A stretch of DNA of 64,000 nt from Candidatus Latescibacterota bacterium (GTDB lineage: Bacteria; Latescibacterota; CBDEFO01). Below are positions 1 to 10,528 of this stretch, in pieces. The stretch covers positions 32,001-96,000 of the forward strand of contig CBDEFO010000001.1 in NCBI GenBank assembly GCA_965237525.1, given 5' to 3'. Position 1 is the first letter of the stretch; each line of letters begins with the position of its first letter. The translations under genes were made by a program, and so were the position numbers. Below the pieces are notes generated by a model. The model worked only from the letters and a program-made list of their open reading frames with translations, was not told the DNA's origin and did not search any database.

Positions 1-453
1 CGTAGCGATGCTCTGATAGCCCCTCGCTACGGCGTCAACTCCACAGGGGCCACGTTTGAGGATAATTTCAACGAAAATTTTCTAGAAGGAGGCAGACCCT
101 GGCGCCTCAATTTTTCCCACACGTACTCCGTAAACAGGAGATCGCTCTTCACGTCATCCTTTGCAACCAGAGATACCACGATCAAAACGTCGTGGTTGAA
201 AGGCTCTATAAGCTTAAATCTGACCCGCAACTGGCGTATGGACTACTCGTTCAACGTAAATTTGAGTCCCGACCGTGGCGAGGATAGAATCACGGGACAG
301 AGCTATTCGTTTTACAGAGACCTTCACGGCTGGGAGGCGCGGTTCCGCTGGACGCCCTCCGGCGTGAGAAACGGGTACTTCTTCAAGATAAATATCAAGG
401 AGCTTCCACAGGTCAAATTCGAAAGGAGACAGGGGGTGGGAAGGTTCCAATGA
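1..453 (+). CDS. lptD: LPS-assembly outer-membrane beta-barrel LptD-like protein, C-terminal part (5' truncated by window)
   Basis: Frame 1 is open from base 1 to the TGA at 451-453; amphipathic beta-strands and an '[16 protein letters not shown]' motif resembling the RDLHCW signature of FCB-group LptD C-termini. Confidence 0.65.
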   Translation, partial: RSDALIAPRYGVNSTGATFEDNFNENFLEGGRPWRLNFSHTYSVNRRSLFTSSFATRDTTIKTSWLKGSISLNLTRNWRMDYSFNVNLSPDRGEDRITGQSYSFYRDLHGWEARFRWTPSGVRNGYFFKINIKELPQVKFERRQGVGRFQ

Positions 454-893
454 AAGTTTTAGTGCAGAGGGTCCAAAGGGCAGGCGTCGCCATAGATGGA
501 CAGACCGTTTCCAAGATCGGTAAGGGACTGGTTCTTTTGGTAGGTGTGGGGATGGAAGATGACATAGAAGATGTCCATTTTACAGCGGACAAATGCTCAA
601 ACTTAAGGATTTTTGAAGACGATAGCGGGAAGATGAATCTTTCTGTCCTGGACATCGGTGGTGAACTCTTGGTTATCTCACAGTTCACACTCTACGCGGA
701 TACGAAGAAGGGCAGGAGACCTAACTTCACGGATGCGGCTCCTCCTCAGAAGGCGTCACAGCTATACAATAGATTCGTGGACATTCTTAAGAAGAGAGAC
801 CTTAAGGTGGAGACAGGAGTCTTCGGGCAAAGGATGTTAGTGGAGATACACAACGACGGGCCTGTGACACTGATGGTGGAAAGCCCAAAGTAA
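450..893 (+). CDS. dtd: D-aminoacyl-tRNA deacylase
   Basis: MKVLVQRV start, SQFTL, GRRPNF and NDGPVT motifs; ATGA overlap with the upstream gene. Confidence 0.97.
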   Translation: MKVLVQRVQRAGVAIDGQTVSKIGKGLVLLVGVGMEDDIEDVHFTADKCSNLRIFEDDSGKMNLSVLDIGGELLVISQFTLYADTKKGRRPNFTDAAPPQKASQLYNRFVDILKKRDLKVETGVFGQRMLVEIHNDGPVTLMVESPK

Positions 894-901
894 GCAGACA
901 G

Positions 902-924
902 TCCCCGATAGATTCAATCGGGGA
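902..924. repeat. 23-bp hairpin repeat (TCCCCGATAGATTCAATCGGGGA)
   Basis: 8-bp perfect stem; same family at 4330, 11392, 15371, 16711, 26558 and 53235. Confidence 0.9.
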
Positions 925-968
925 TCAGAGATAGTAGACAGGGAAAGACGAACACCAATAGAACGTAT

Positions 969-1040
969 GTAGGGGCAAACCCACGTGTTTTCCCAATAGA
1001 CAGGGAGATTGCTTCGGCGCTTTGAGCCCTTTGCAATGAC
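969..1040. repeat. GTAG-type REP-like palindrome (969-994) plus GAGATTGCTTCG...GCAATGAC dispersed repeat (1005-1040)
   Basis: gtaggggcaaacccacgtgttttccc; gagattgcttcggcgctttgagccctttgcaatgac; relatives at 11291, 11367, 15252 and 54046-54166. Confidence 0.7.
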
Positions 1041-1085
1041 TTAAGCTCGAAGCCATGCAATCTTGTGGACCGGGAAAGAGACAAA

Positions 1086-1691
1086 ATGAGTCAAAAGGTG
1101 GTGCCACCACTCCGTATAGATAAGATAGTTCTGGCTTCAGATTCTCTTCGCCGCGCAGAGCTTCTTAAATTGGCAGGTATCCCTTTCATTGTCGTCCCGA
1201 GCGGAATCTCCGAAGACGAAGATGTCTTTGACAACCCTGTAGAGCACGTGTTAGAGCTTTCTCGACGGAAGGCGGAGATGGTAGCGCAGAAAGTAGCAGG
1301 GAGCCTTGTCCTGGGTGCCGATACTATCGTGGTCCTGGAGGGAAGCATAATCGGAAAACCCCAAAACCGTGGTGAAGCAGCGGATATACTCTCCCGACTC
1401 TCGGGAAACGAGCATCGGGTATTCACAGGAATTACACTTTTAGATACGGACAAGAACGAATGCGTTTCGGACGTTGTCATCACGTCAGTCAGGATGAGAA
1501 AGATGTCAACGGGTGAGATAAGGAAATATATAGATACGGGGGAACCCCTGGACAAAGCGGGAGCCTACGGCATTCAGGGAAAAGGCTCCGTGTTCATCGA
1601 AAGCGTCTGCGGCTGTTATTACAACGTCATGGGTCTGCCTATCTCCAAGTTAGTCCTGATGCTCAGGAAGATGGGCTACGAAATATGGTGA
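1086..1691 (+). CDS. maf: Maf-family nucleoside triphosphate pyrophosphatase
   Basis: IVLASDSLRR, LGADTIV, GKP, DKAGAYGIQG and NVMGLP motifs; ATG at 1086 preferred over GTG at 1065. Confidence 0.95.
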   Translation: MSQKVVPPLRIDKIVLASDSLRRAELLKLAGIPFIVVPSGISEDEDVFDNPVEHVLELSRRKAEMVAQKVAGSLVLGADTIVVLEGSIIGKPQNRGEAADILSRLSGNEHRVFTGITLLDTDKNECVSDVVITSVRMRKMSTGEIRKYIDTGEPLDKAGAYGIQGKGSVFIESVCGCYYNVMGLPISKLVLMLRKMGYEIW

Positions 1692-4171
1692 TTGATCGAA
1701 AAGCAATGCACACGGATACGAAAATATACGCGCAGGTGGTCTTGCCTCTGGCTTTAAAAGAAGAGCTCACCTACTTAGTCCCCGTGTCATTAGAAGATAG
1801 AACCAAAGTCGGCAGCCGTGTGGTCGTGCCCTTGGGTGAGCGAATAGTGACGGGGTTTATAGTTGGTATATCGGGCAGGTCCGATATGAGGAATCATGAG
1901 TACATACTGGAAGCTCCTGATAAGATACCCCTCTTCAATGAAGAGATGCTCAAGCTCACAAAGTGGATCTCAGATTACTATCTCTGTTCGTGGGGAGACG
2001 TCTTGAAATCGGCTCTACCCTCCGGGATACACAGCCAGAGTAGGCGAAAGCTCATGCTTTTAAAGGACATGTCGAATGAGGAAATCCAAGAGTGCAGGAA
2101 ACGGTCTCCCAGGCAGGCTGATATATTGAAGGCAGCCTCTCAAAAGAACGAGATAAGCTTCCATCAATTGAGGAGGCTCGCTGGCAGTCCTGGCCTCTAT
2201 TCTGCAGCTTACGACTTGAAACGTAAGGGCTACGTGGAGATACAACACGAGATTAGGGGACCCAGGGTTAAGATCAAAAGCAAAAAGGTGGTATCTCTGG
2301 TCGCAGGGGATGCGGAGACGATAGAAGCACAGATTGCAGGCATAGAGCGCAGGGCTCCTAAGGGAGCAGAGTGTCTGCGCATATTATGGGAAAACGGCGG
2401 GACAATGTCGTGGAGACACCTAAGGCAAAAGGAGATAGGTACAGGGACGATAAAGAGTCTGAAAAAGAGGAACTTAGTAGAGATCCATCTTAAAGAGATC
2501 GTACGAGATCCGTTCGCCCATCTAAATGTGGAAGAGCCTCCAGACCTGAAGCTTACAAAAGCGCAAAGAAGTGCTCTGAGAGCGATCACGGATGCGATAG
2601 ATAAGGGCGTATTTAAGGGCATCCTGATTCACGGGATAACGGACAGCGGCAAGACACTTGTGTATATAGAGGCCATCAGAAGGATCGTCGAAAGAAGCGA
2701 AGGCGCTATCGTTTTGGTTCCGGAGATCTCACTGACCCCTCAGACTGTCAGGAGGTTCAAGTCTAATTTCGGGGATAAGGTAGCGGTCCTGCACAGCCAC
2801 ATGTCCGATGGAGAGAGATACGATGCGTGGAGGAAGATAAAGGATGGCGAGCGTCCGATAGCTGTTGGAGCGCGTTCTGCGATCTTTGCTCCCGTGAAAA
2901 AATTGGGTCTGATAGTGGTTGATGAGGAGCACGACTCGTCGTACAAGCAGGATACACTTCCGAGGTACAACGCCAGAGACGTGGCGTTGATGCGGGGCAA
3001 GATCGAAAATGCCGTGGTGGTCCTGGGATCGGCGACGCCCAGTTTGGAATCGTATCACAATAGCCAGAACGGGAAGCTCCTCCGTGTGGAACTGCCGGAC
3101 AGGGTAGATAACAGGATACTGCCGAAGGTGACGGTTGTAGATATGAAGCAGGAGTCACAAGGTGGGAGTAGCGCCATCTTTTCGGGGACTCTGATGGAGA
3201 AGATCTCCGGCGTCTTAGAAAGAGGTGAAAAGATCATACTCCTCCAGAACAGGAGGGGTTATTCCCCCTTCATACAGTGCCGTGAGTGCGGCTTCGTCTT
3301 CATGTGTAAAAGGTGCAGGGTTTCACTTACGTATCATTCCACCTCAAGCATAAAGTGCATACTATGCCACTATTGCGCGTTCACAAGCCGAGTCCCGACG
3401 ACCTGCCCTGACTGTCTCGGATACAGGTTGAACTACAGGGGCGTGGGGACTCAGCGAGTGGAGGATGTCCTGAAAGGACACTTTCCGAACGCTCGGGTGC
3501 TGAGGATGGACATTGACACAACCAGGTTCAAAGGCGCTCACGACACGATATTGGAGAGCTTCAGAAAGGGAGAGGCGGACGTTCTACTGGGAACGCAGAT
3601 GATCTCTAAGGGGCTCGACTTTCCGGAGGTTACGCTCGTGGGTGTCATCTCCGCCGATACGGCGCTGAATCTTCCGGACTTCAGATCGAGCGAAAGGACA
3701 TTTCAACTTCTGACTCAGGTGGCGGGCAGAGCCGGAAGGGGCAACGTTCCCGGCGAAGTGATAATTCAGACATATCAGCCTTCAAGTCAAGCAATCCTGT
3801 GCGCCAAGGATCACAATTTCAAAGCGTTCTGGGGGATAGAAGCAAAGAATAGAGAGGAGTTGGGCTACCCTCCTTTCGGGAGGCTGATTAATATAGTATT
3901 TAAGGGGACGGATGAAGACAAAGTCTGTTCGTTAGCAGAATCACACGCCTCTTTTCTGCGAGGGAGAATAGACGATCCTCCGATAGAGATCCTGGGCCCT
4001 GCTCAGGCCCCGCTCGGTAAGATCAAGGACAACTTCCGCTATCAGGTGGTCTTGAAATCATCGAGCGCAAGGGCTATACACAGGTTAGTCGAGGACGCAT
4101 CAAAGGAGATAGGAACACTTAAAAGCGGAGTAAGTGTGAGTGTTGATGTTGACCCGTTGAATATGTTGTGA
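1685..4171 (+). CDS. priA: Primosomal protein N' (replication restart helicase)
   Basis: HGITDSGKT Walker A, DEEH, four CxxC zinc ligands, KGLDFP, QVAGRAGR, C-terminal VDVDP. Confidence 0.97.
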   Translation: MVIDRKAMHTDTKIYAQVVLPLALKEELTYLVPVSLEDRTKVGSRVVVPLGERIVTGFIVGISGRSDMRNHEYILEAPDKIPLFNEEMLKLTKWISDYYLCSWGDVLKSALPSGIHSQSRRKLMLLKDMSNEEIQECRKRSPRQADILKAASQKNEISFHQLRRLAGSPGLYSAAYDLKRKGYVEIQHEIRGPRVKIKSKKVVSLVAGDAETIEAQIAGIERRAPKGAECLRILWENGGTMSWRHLRQKEIGTGTIKSLKKRNLVEIHLKEIVRDPFAHLNVEEPPDLKLTKAQRSALRAITDAIDKGVFKGILIHGITDSGKTLVYIEAIRRIVERSEGAIVLVPEISLTPQTVRRFKSNFGDKVAVLHSHMSDGERYDAWRKIKDGERPIAVGARSAIFAPVKKLGLIVVDEEHDSSYKQDTLPRYNARDVALMRGKIENAVVVLGSATPSLESYHNSQNGKLLRVELPDRVDNRILPKVTVVDMKQESQGGSSAIFSGTLMEKISGVLERGEKIILLQNRRGYSPFIQCRECGFVFMCKRCRVSLTYHSTSSIKCILCHYCAFTSRVPTTCPDCLGYRLNYRGVGTQRVEDVLKGHFPNARVLRMDIDTTRFKGAHDTILESFRKGEADVLLGTQMISKGLDFPEVTLVGVISADTALNLPDFRSSERTFQLLTQVAGRAGRGNVPGEVIIQTYQPSSQAILCAKDHNFKAFWGIEAKNREELGYPPFGRLINIVFKGTDEDKVCSLAESHASFLRGRIDDPPIEILGPAQAPLGKIKDNFRYQVVLKSSSARAIHRLVEDASKEIGTLKSGVSVSVDVDPLNML

Positions 4172-4329
4172 GCGACAAACTGCCTCCAACCTATGAATCT
4201 GCTTCGGCGGTTTCAGCCGCTTTCCCCGAAGACTATTAGATACCCCTTTCGCCATGACTGAAGCTTTGGACAAGTAACGCCGTCGTGATGTGCCAAAGCC
4301 GACCCGGCGTAGACACGGGGCGGAACTAA

Positions 4330-4352
4330 TCCCTGATTGAATCTATCGGGGA
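4330..4352. repeat. 23-bp hairpin repeat
   Basis: tccctgattgaatctatcgggga, one mismatch to consensus. Confidence 0.85.
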
Positions 4353-4403
4353 CAAGAGAGGGGAGGAAATGCCCCTGTCTACTTACTTTAGAAGGGAATA
4401 TAT

Positions 4404-5582
4404 ATGCAGATTACACCATCGGATAGGGTTCAGTCAATTGGGCCGTACGCCTTTGCTGAAGTGGACAGAGAAGTCGAAAAGCTCAGAAGATCCGGAATAG
4501 AACCCATAGACTTCGGCGTCGGAGACCCCACTATCCCCACGCCCGAAATAGTCCGAAACGCCACAATAGAGGGGATAGAAAAGAGAAAAAGATCAGGCTA
4601 TCCGAGCTACATCGGCGCCCGCGAGTACAGAGTGGCGGTAGCTGAATGGACAGCGAGGAGATTCGGAGTCCGGCTTGACCCCGAAACCGAAATAGCCTCC
4701 ACAATCGGAAGCAAGGAGGCGGTCTTCAACTTCTCAGAGGGCTTCGTGAACCCCGGTGACTACGTGATAGTCCCAACACCCGGATATCCTCCATTAGCAA
4801 GGGGAGTCCTCTTTTCAGAGGGAAGATCCTACTTCGTCCCTCTCCTCAAAGAGAACGGCTTTATGCCCGACCTCGACTCTATCCCCCAGGAAGTCCTGGG
4901 TAGAGCCAAGATCATGTGGGTAAACTACCCCAACAGCCCATCGGGTGCGATAGCCCCCAAGGATTTCCTCGAAAAGATAATCGAGTTCGGACACAGACAC
5001 AATATCATGATCGCCTCGGACGAAGCTTATATTGAACTCTATTTCGACGAAAAACCGCACAGCATCCTTGAGATAACAAAAGAGGGAGTCGCAGCTTTTC
5101 ATTCCCTTTCAAAGAGGAGCGCGATGACCTGCTACAGGATAGGATGGGTGGCAGGCGACAGAAGGGTAATAGATGTCTTCAAGAAGGTCAAGACCAATAT
5201 AGACTCAGGCACCCCTACGTTCGTACAGGACGGGGCAATAGCCGCACTCTGGGACGAAGAGCACGTCGAAGGAATGCGGAAGGACTACAGGACGAAAAGA
5301 GACATAATGGTGGAGTCGCTTGTAGATGCGGGACTACCCAACTGCGCACCTCAGGCGACGATCTACATCTGGCAAGAAATCCCCGAAGGGGTGACATCGG
5401 TCGAATTTGCCACAAAGATGCTCTCTCCCGAAGTAGCGATAGTCACAACGCCCGGCTCCTGGATAAGCGATTCCACAGAGTATGGACTCAACCCCGGCGA
5501 CCGATATGTCAGGTTTGCCCTCGTGCCGAGCGTAGAAAAGACGGTGGAGGCTGCAGGAAAGATAAGGAATCTGAAGCTGTAG
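4404..5582 (+). CDS. PLP-dependent class I/II aminotransferase (LL-diaminopimelate/succinyl-DAP aminotransferase-like)
   Basis: DFGVGDP, GSKEA, NYPNSPSG, DEAY, HSLSK..MTCYRIGW. Confidence 0.9.
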   Translation: MQITPSDRVQSIGPYAFAEVDREVEKLRRSGIEPIDFGVGDPTIPTPEIVRNATIEGIEKRKRSGYPSYIGAREYRVAVAEWTARRFGVRLDPETEIASTIGSKEAVFNFSEGFVNPGDYVIVPTPGYPPLARGVLFSEGRSYFVPLLKENGFMPDLDSIPQEVLGRAKIMWVNYPNSPSGAIAPKDFLEKIIEFGHRHNIMIASDEAYIELYFDEKPHSILEITKEGVAAFHSLSKRSAMTCYRIGWVAGDRRVIDVFKKVKTNIDSGTPTFVQDGAIAALWDEEHVEGMRKDYRTKRDIMVESLVDAGLPNCAPQATIYIWQEIPEGVTSVEFATKMLSPEVAIVTTPGSWISDSTEYGLNPGDRYVRFALVPSVEKTVEAAGKIRNLKL

Positions 5583-5670
5583 GCTGGACACAGAGACAAA
5601 CAGGTCGTTCTGTCCGAACTATTGGGATTGATGCAGACTACTCTTTGGACTCTGAATCTTCTCCCTAACC

Positions 5671-6858
5671 CTAAACAGATCCGAGGTCTGAGCCAAGAGA
5701 CTCTGTATCCGTATCAGTCCCTATTACCTCTGTTTGTTGCGATCTACGCATGTTTCTGTCTTTATCCGATTCATCTATGAGGTGTACCGTACGGGTGGGG
5801 AAGGCGATATAGAGTCCCATTTCCTCCAGCGCGTCCATTATTTTGAGGTTGACATCCTCTCGGATGCGCAAGTAGTCCGCCCAGGCTATGGTCTTTGTAA
5901 AGTAGTAGACCATAATTTCCAAGGAATGGTCGCCGAAGTCGGTGAAGTAGACAAGAAGAAAGAATTCTTTGCTTACTTCAGAATGTTCCTTCAAAATATC
6001 TTTGATCCGTTTGACGGCCTCTCGCATCTGATCGGCTTTCGTGTCGTAGGTTACACCTATAGTAATCCAGACGCGGCGTCCACCGCGACGGGAAATGTTG
6101 TCGGTAACAAAGTCCGCCAAACGACTGTTTGGGACGGTAATTAAGGTCTGTTCGAAGGTGCGGATGCGAGTGCTCCGAAAACCTATTCGTTCAACGGTCC
6201 CCTCGATACCGCTGTCCGGAGATTTGATCCAGTCGCCTACCACGAAGGGGCGGTCGATCAGGAGCATAATAGAGCCGAAAAAATCGGAAAGCGTCTTCTG
6301 CGCTGCCAGAGCCACAGCCAAACCTCCGACTCCGAGAGTAGCGATAAGACCAGATATTGAGTAGCCCATATTCTGGATGATCATAAGGAAAGCCAATATA
6401 CCAATAAGTACTTTTGCCGCCTGACCGATGAGGGGAGCCAGTTGATCGGCCAGGGGAGACTCGACCCTTTCCGCCCAGCCTTGCAGCCAATAGGTAAGGA
6501 CATTGACAAGCCTTAGCATAAGCCAGGCCAGGAGAACCAAAAAGAGGGCGGAAAAGAGAGTACCAGTCCACTCGAGAACTTGCGGTGAAGGCTTATAGCT
6601 TTGTACGGCAAGATAAATGCCGATCAGGACGATGCCCGCATCTAACGGCCTTCGCAGCGCTTTGATCACCAGGTCATCTATGTCCGTATCAGTTACCTGG
6701 GTAAGGCGAAATACGTAGTGGCTGAGGAGGTATACGGCGAGCGTGCGCACCACCAGAGCACCGAGGATGATGCCGAAGGCGATTCCAAGTCGGTAGAGTG
6801 TGGTCTGACTCCATATCTGATCAAAGAACGTGTGGAGGTTTTCCATAAAAGCATGCAC
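5671..6858 (-). CDS. mscS: Small-conductance mechanosensitive channel family protein
   Basis: Multiple TM helices, GVGGLAVALAAQKT, DRPFVVGDWI, IGFRSTRIRT, AFPTRTV. Confidence 0.93.
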   Translation of the reverse strand: MHAFMENLHTFFDQIWSQTTLYRLGIAFGIILGALVVRTLAVYLLSHYVFRLTQVTDTDIDDLVIKALRRPLDAGIVLIGIYLAVQSYKPSPQVLEWTGTLFSALFLVLLAWLMLRLVNVLTYWLQGWAERVESPLADQLAPLIGQAAKVLIGILAFLMIIQNMGYSISGLIATLGVGGLAVALAAQKTLSDFFGSIMLLIDRPFVVGDWIKSPDSGIEGTVERIGFRSTRIRTFEQTLITVPNSRLADFVTDNISRRGGRRVWITIGVTYDTKADQMREAVKRIKDILKEHSEVSKEFFLLVYFTDFGDHSLEIMVYYFTKTIAWADYLRIREDVNLKIMDALEEMGLYIAFPTRTVHLIDESDKDRNMRRSQQTEVIGTDTDTESLGSDLGSV

Positions 6859-7347
6859 CTCTTTGTTGCATAGAGCATATTCCAGGGACTTGGGCTATTG
6901 TATCTGCGTTCATTACACTCTGGCTTAAAGGATCGGCTCTTAAATAGCAGAATCTTACGTTTATATCAGCGTCTTGTAGAAGGTTACCTCCTTCCTACCG
7001 CTGCGCCGACCTTGCCACATTTTGCACAAAGATCTCCGAACAGTCGAATGTTTCGAGGAACAACTTGTGGTCAAAGCACTCCTCGGCTGAGCGGAGGGAA
7101 TCAGCGTGATGCTGCGCAGTGTAGCCTTGAAGGTCGGTGTCCTTTGTCACCCAATGCAATATACCCCCGAACCGGTCTACTTTGCCGCCTCCTTAATCGC
7201 ACAGCTCCTCATTTGGAGTTTAGCCAAATTTCCGGGGGTATGTTTGAGCGTGTGCAAGCGGCGCATGGTATCGTTCTTGCCGAGAAGTCTCCATCTGTCA
7301 CAGCATAGATTTGGAACCTGCAGATCCGTATCTACATAGCTCTCCTA

Positions 7348-8496
7348 TTAAAGATCAATTATATCGTCGAGGGTGGTCTTTCTTGGATTTACTATCACGT
7401 TTCGACTCCCCATGGCGTCCTCGGCCATCTGAGGTATCCTATCTTCTTCTATCCCCAGCTGAGCCAGATTATCCGGTATCCCCACTTCCAAGGACAGCGT
7501 CCTTACAGCCTCAACGGACAACTCCGCGGCGGCCATATCATCTAATCCGTCCGTCCAGACGTCCATAGACGAGGCTATATCCGCAAACCTGGAAGGACAC
7601 GCTATAAGGTTGTACTCCATAACATGCGGCAGCAAGACCGAGTTAGCCTCACCGTGAGGGCAGTCGAAGTGCCCTCCCAGTGGGTGCGACATAGCGTGCA
7701 CGTTCCCCAAGCCAGTCTGGGAGAACGCCATCCCGGCCATAGTGCTCGCTATGAGCATGTTCTCCGTCGCCTCAATGTTCTTATCGCTGGACACAGCCTG
7801 CCTTATGTTCGCTGAGATGATCCTTATCGCCTCCAGGGCCAAAGCCCCGGAGATCAAATTTGAATTCCAGTTCACATAAGATTCCACTGCGTGTGTGAGG
7901 GCGTCCATGCCCGTTGCAGCGCCGACATCCATAGGGAGTTCCACTGAAAGCTCAGGGTCGATCAGTGCCACTTTTGGAATAATATGCGGGCTCGTCACAA
8001 CTGGTTTTGTGTGCTTCTCCTCGTCCGTCACGACAGCAAAAGGAGTCACCTCGCTGGCCGTCCCGTAGGTGGTGGGAATGCACACCAAGAAAGGAATATC
8101 TACTCCCACCTGCTCCTTAACACCCACGTAATCCAGTATATTTCCGCCCTTCACCGCTAAGACTCCTACGAGCTTTGCAACATCCATCGAACTCCCACCG
8201 CCCAAACCTATAATAAAGCTACATCCCTTGCTTTTGAATCTCTCACAGGCAGCATGCACGTTCTGGGTGGGAGGATTGGCCTTGACCTCGTCGAACACCT
8301 CGTAAGCGATGGAAAACTCGTCCAATATTCGGGTAATTTTCTCCACGATCCCGGCCTCAACCAAACCCCTATCCGTGACGACTAATCCCGTATCCTCGGT
8401 GTGGTTTCTCAACTCATTCGGAAGTCTGGCTACAGCTCCCTTTCCCAGGGTGATCCGTGTAGGGGAATAGAATCTGAAAGTATCGCTAAATGCCAT
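7348..8496 (-). CDS. Iron-containing alcohol dehydrogenase
   Basis: GGGSSMD, PTTYGTASEVT, MDALTHAVE, HAMSH..GG, HG; one extra A near the 3' end truncates the expected ...IIDLYRRAM* (stop at 7332-7334). Confidence 0.93.
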   Translation of the reverse strand: MAFSDTFRFYSPTRITLGKGAVARLPNELRNHTEDTGLVVTDRGLVEAGIVEKITRILDEFSIAYEVFDEVKANPPTQNVHAACERFKSKGCSFIIGLGGGSSMDVAKLVGVLAVKGGNILDYVGVKEQVGVDIPFLVCIPTTYGTASEVTPFAVVTDEEKHTKPVVTSPHIIPKVALIDPELSVELPMDVGAATGMDALTHAVESYVNWNSNLISGALALEAIRIISANIRQAVSSDKNIEATENMLIASTMAGMAFSQTGLGNVHAMSHPLGGHFDCPHGEANSVLLPHVMEYNLIACPSRFADIASSMDVWTDGLDDMAAAELSVEAVRTLSLEVGIPDNLAQLGIEEDRIPQMAEDAMGSRNVIVNPRKTTLDDIIDL

Positions 8497-8645
8497 CTAC
8501 TTCGCCTCCTTCGAAGTTCAGTTTTGCTCGGATTTTCCCCCAGGAGTTCTTCGATATTTTTGTGGTCCATTATACTTTTGATCGGCTTTAGACGGCTTTG
8601 TACTTTGAATAGCCCCACAACACCAACCACAGTCATCTACGACGA

Positions 8646-9032
8646 TCACAGATCTTCTATCGGCTGTCGTCCGGAGAACCCGCTGTCCATCTCGTGCCAG
8701 AACTTTATCTCTTTTTCACCCCTCTTCCAGCAGAGCCAGATCTGCCTCCCATCCTTCAAGGCGGCGAAATCCACTAGCCCCACATCGATGTCCTTCAGAA
8801 CACATCCGATATTGTGGAGCTTCTCCACAGCCTCGTTAAATTTGAATTGAGCGGCCACAACAGGGGCGCCTTTCTTATTCCCGCCGTTGCCTGAGATCTT
8901 ATCCTCTATGTCGCCTAACGCCTGCCTTGTTGATTCCAATTCCTCCTGTCTTAAATCCAGTTTCTTCAGCCAGTCTTCAACTTGAGGCAGGAGTCTATTG
9001 GCCTCTTCCACAGTGAAATATTTTATGTTCAT
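8646..9032 (-). CDS. DUF2203-like conserved protein
   Basis: KYFTVEEANRLLP start; LKDIDVGLVDF, LCWKRGE..I.FWH and GFSGRQPI motifs. Confidence 0.85.
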   Translation of the reverse strand: MNIKYFTVEEANRLLPQVEDWLKKLDLRQEELESTRQALGDIEDKISGNGGNKKGAPVVAAQFKFNEAVEKLHNIGCVLKDIDVGLVDFAALKDGRQIWLCWKRGEKEIKFWHEMDSGFSGRQPIEDL

Positions 9033-9449
9033 ATCCTCTACATCCTGTAGGATTACCGATAGGATTACCGAATTACGACTTTACAAGCTAAGTCTAAGAA
9101 CACATGATAATATAAAACGGCGCTAGATTCAAGCGCATTCTTCAAACCATAAGTCGTTCGCAATATCCCAATGATTTAGGACATCTTCTTGTACCTCGCT
9201 GTTGGCCTCGTGCTCGATAGATGTATATCCCCTTTTCTTCAAGGTTGGATTTTGTGCTAACTTGATATTACTATCAAAAGGAGAAGATGTCAACAGATTT
9301 ATCAATGAAGCACCACAACTGAACAATATGTAGAGTTCATATCCGTGAACAGTTGGAGAAAAGAGTTTGATTTAGCATAATAAGATGTCTATTATTGCAA
9401 TCACATCTGCCTTTATCATCGTTTGGTACCGGACCATCCCGGTTTAACG

Positions 9450-9661
9450 CCGGGGACAGATTTAACTCCCTTTACAGTGTCCTGAAGGGACGCGGGAGAG
9501 GCGATCCGTCCGGGACTTGAGATCGACTTGAACGATCTTCCATGGAAGAACGAGGTAGTTTATATATTCACCGCCATGCCCCACAATCAATTTTTCAACT
9601 TGAAGCCAAAAAGGATACTCGGCTTTCGCCCAAAGATGGATTTGAAAAGTTGTGGCATAAG
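9450..9661 (+). pseudogene. Degenerate 3' fragment paralogous to the SDR gene at 10529-11278
   Basis: Aligns by eye to 11045-11257; has TGA in place of TGG and a 1-bp deletion. Confidence 0.8.
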
Positions 9662-9695
9662 CCAAAACAAGGCGCGGGAGAAATGGAAAAAGGGC

Positions 9696-9724
9696 TTGAC
9701 TTTGCTTAATAATATATCTATAAT
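9696..9724 (+). promoter_or_regulatory. Sigma70-type promoter for the SDR pair
   Basis: TTGACT-17 bp-TATAAT, about 90 bp upstream of the ATG at 9815. Confidence 0.7.
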
Positions 9725-9814
9725 AGCAGTGGTATCTACTTTTCTCATAATCTGCAAGAGAACAATTGACAATTAGGTGTGCTAATACCATAAGTAACTT
9801 GTGGGGATGATGCT

Positions 9815-10525
9815 ATGAACGTCCTTATTACGGGGGGAGCAGGAAATCTATCTCAGGAATTAGCTGCATACCTTAGCAAAGACCATCAAATCCGATTGAC
9901 CGAAATAGTAGATGTCCAGACCAATTTTGAGTTTGTTAAGAGCGATCTGGGCCACGATGAAAAGACAAACGAGTTGGTGAGAGGAATGGACGCCATTATA
10001 CATATGGCAGAACTTCCTCCCAGTGCTTCTGACGATTCGGAGAGGTTGCAGATGGACTTTCTCACCAGATGCACCTACAATTTGATGTGGGCGGCAATGG
10101 AAGAAGGGGTCAAAAAGGCGATCTATACAAGCACTCTCAAGCTATTCCATAAGTACGATGAGGACTTAACTGTAAATGAGAACTGGAAGCCGCTTCCTTC
10201 CACAGATCCATACATTCTGGGGAAGCATCTGGGCGAGTTTATCTGCAAGGAATTCGCCAGGACGGCAGACATTGACATCATATGTCTGATATTGGGGAAA
10301 GTCGTGCGAGAAGATGAGGTCAGAGGAGAACCGTTTGATTCCACTTGGGTCGAGATAAAGGATGCGGTTCACGCCTTTGACTGCGCCTTGAATGCTGACC
10401 TTCCCAAGTTCAACTCGGAGTGGTCGGTCTTTCACATACAGGCCGAATCGCCCAGTTCCCGCTTCTGCGTCGCCAGAGCTAAAGGTTCTATAGGCTACAA
10501 TCCTAAGTTCAACTTCGAGGGATAG
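9815..10525 (+). CDS. NAD-dependent epimerase/dehydratase (extended SDR, uronate dehydrogenase-like), type A
   Basis: ITGGAGNL Rossmann motif, DAIIHMA, YILGK (YxxxK). Confidence 0.85.
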   Translation: MNVLITGGAGNLSQELAAYLSKDHQIRLTEIVDVQTNFEFVKSDLGHDEKTNELVRGMDAIIHMAELPPSASDDSERLQMDFLTRCTYNLMWAAMEEGVKKAIYTSTLKLFHKYDEDLTVNENWKPLPSTDPYILGKHLGEFICKEFARTADIDIICLILGKVVREDEVRGEPFDSTWVEIKDAVHAFDCALNADLPKFNSEWSVFHIQAESPSSRFCVARAKGSIGYNPKFNFEG

Positions 10526-10528
10526 ACG

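Noticed and set aside
6898..7331. Short ORFs between mscS and Fe-ADH
   Set aside because: No recognisable family or RBS; possibly a decayed remnant, but not assignable
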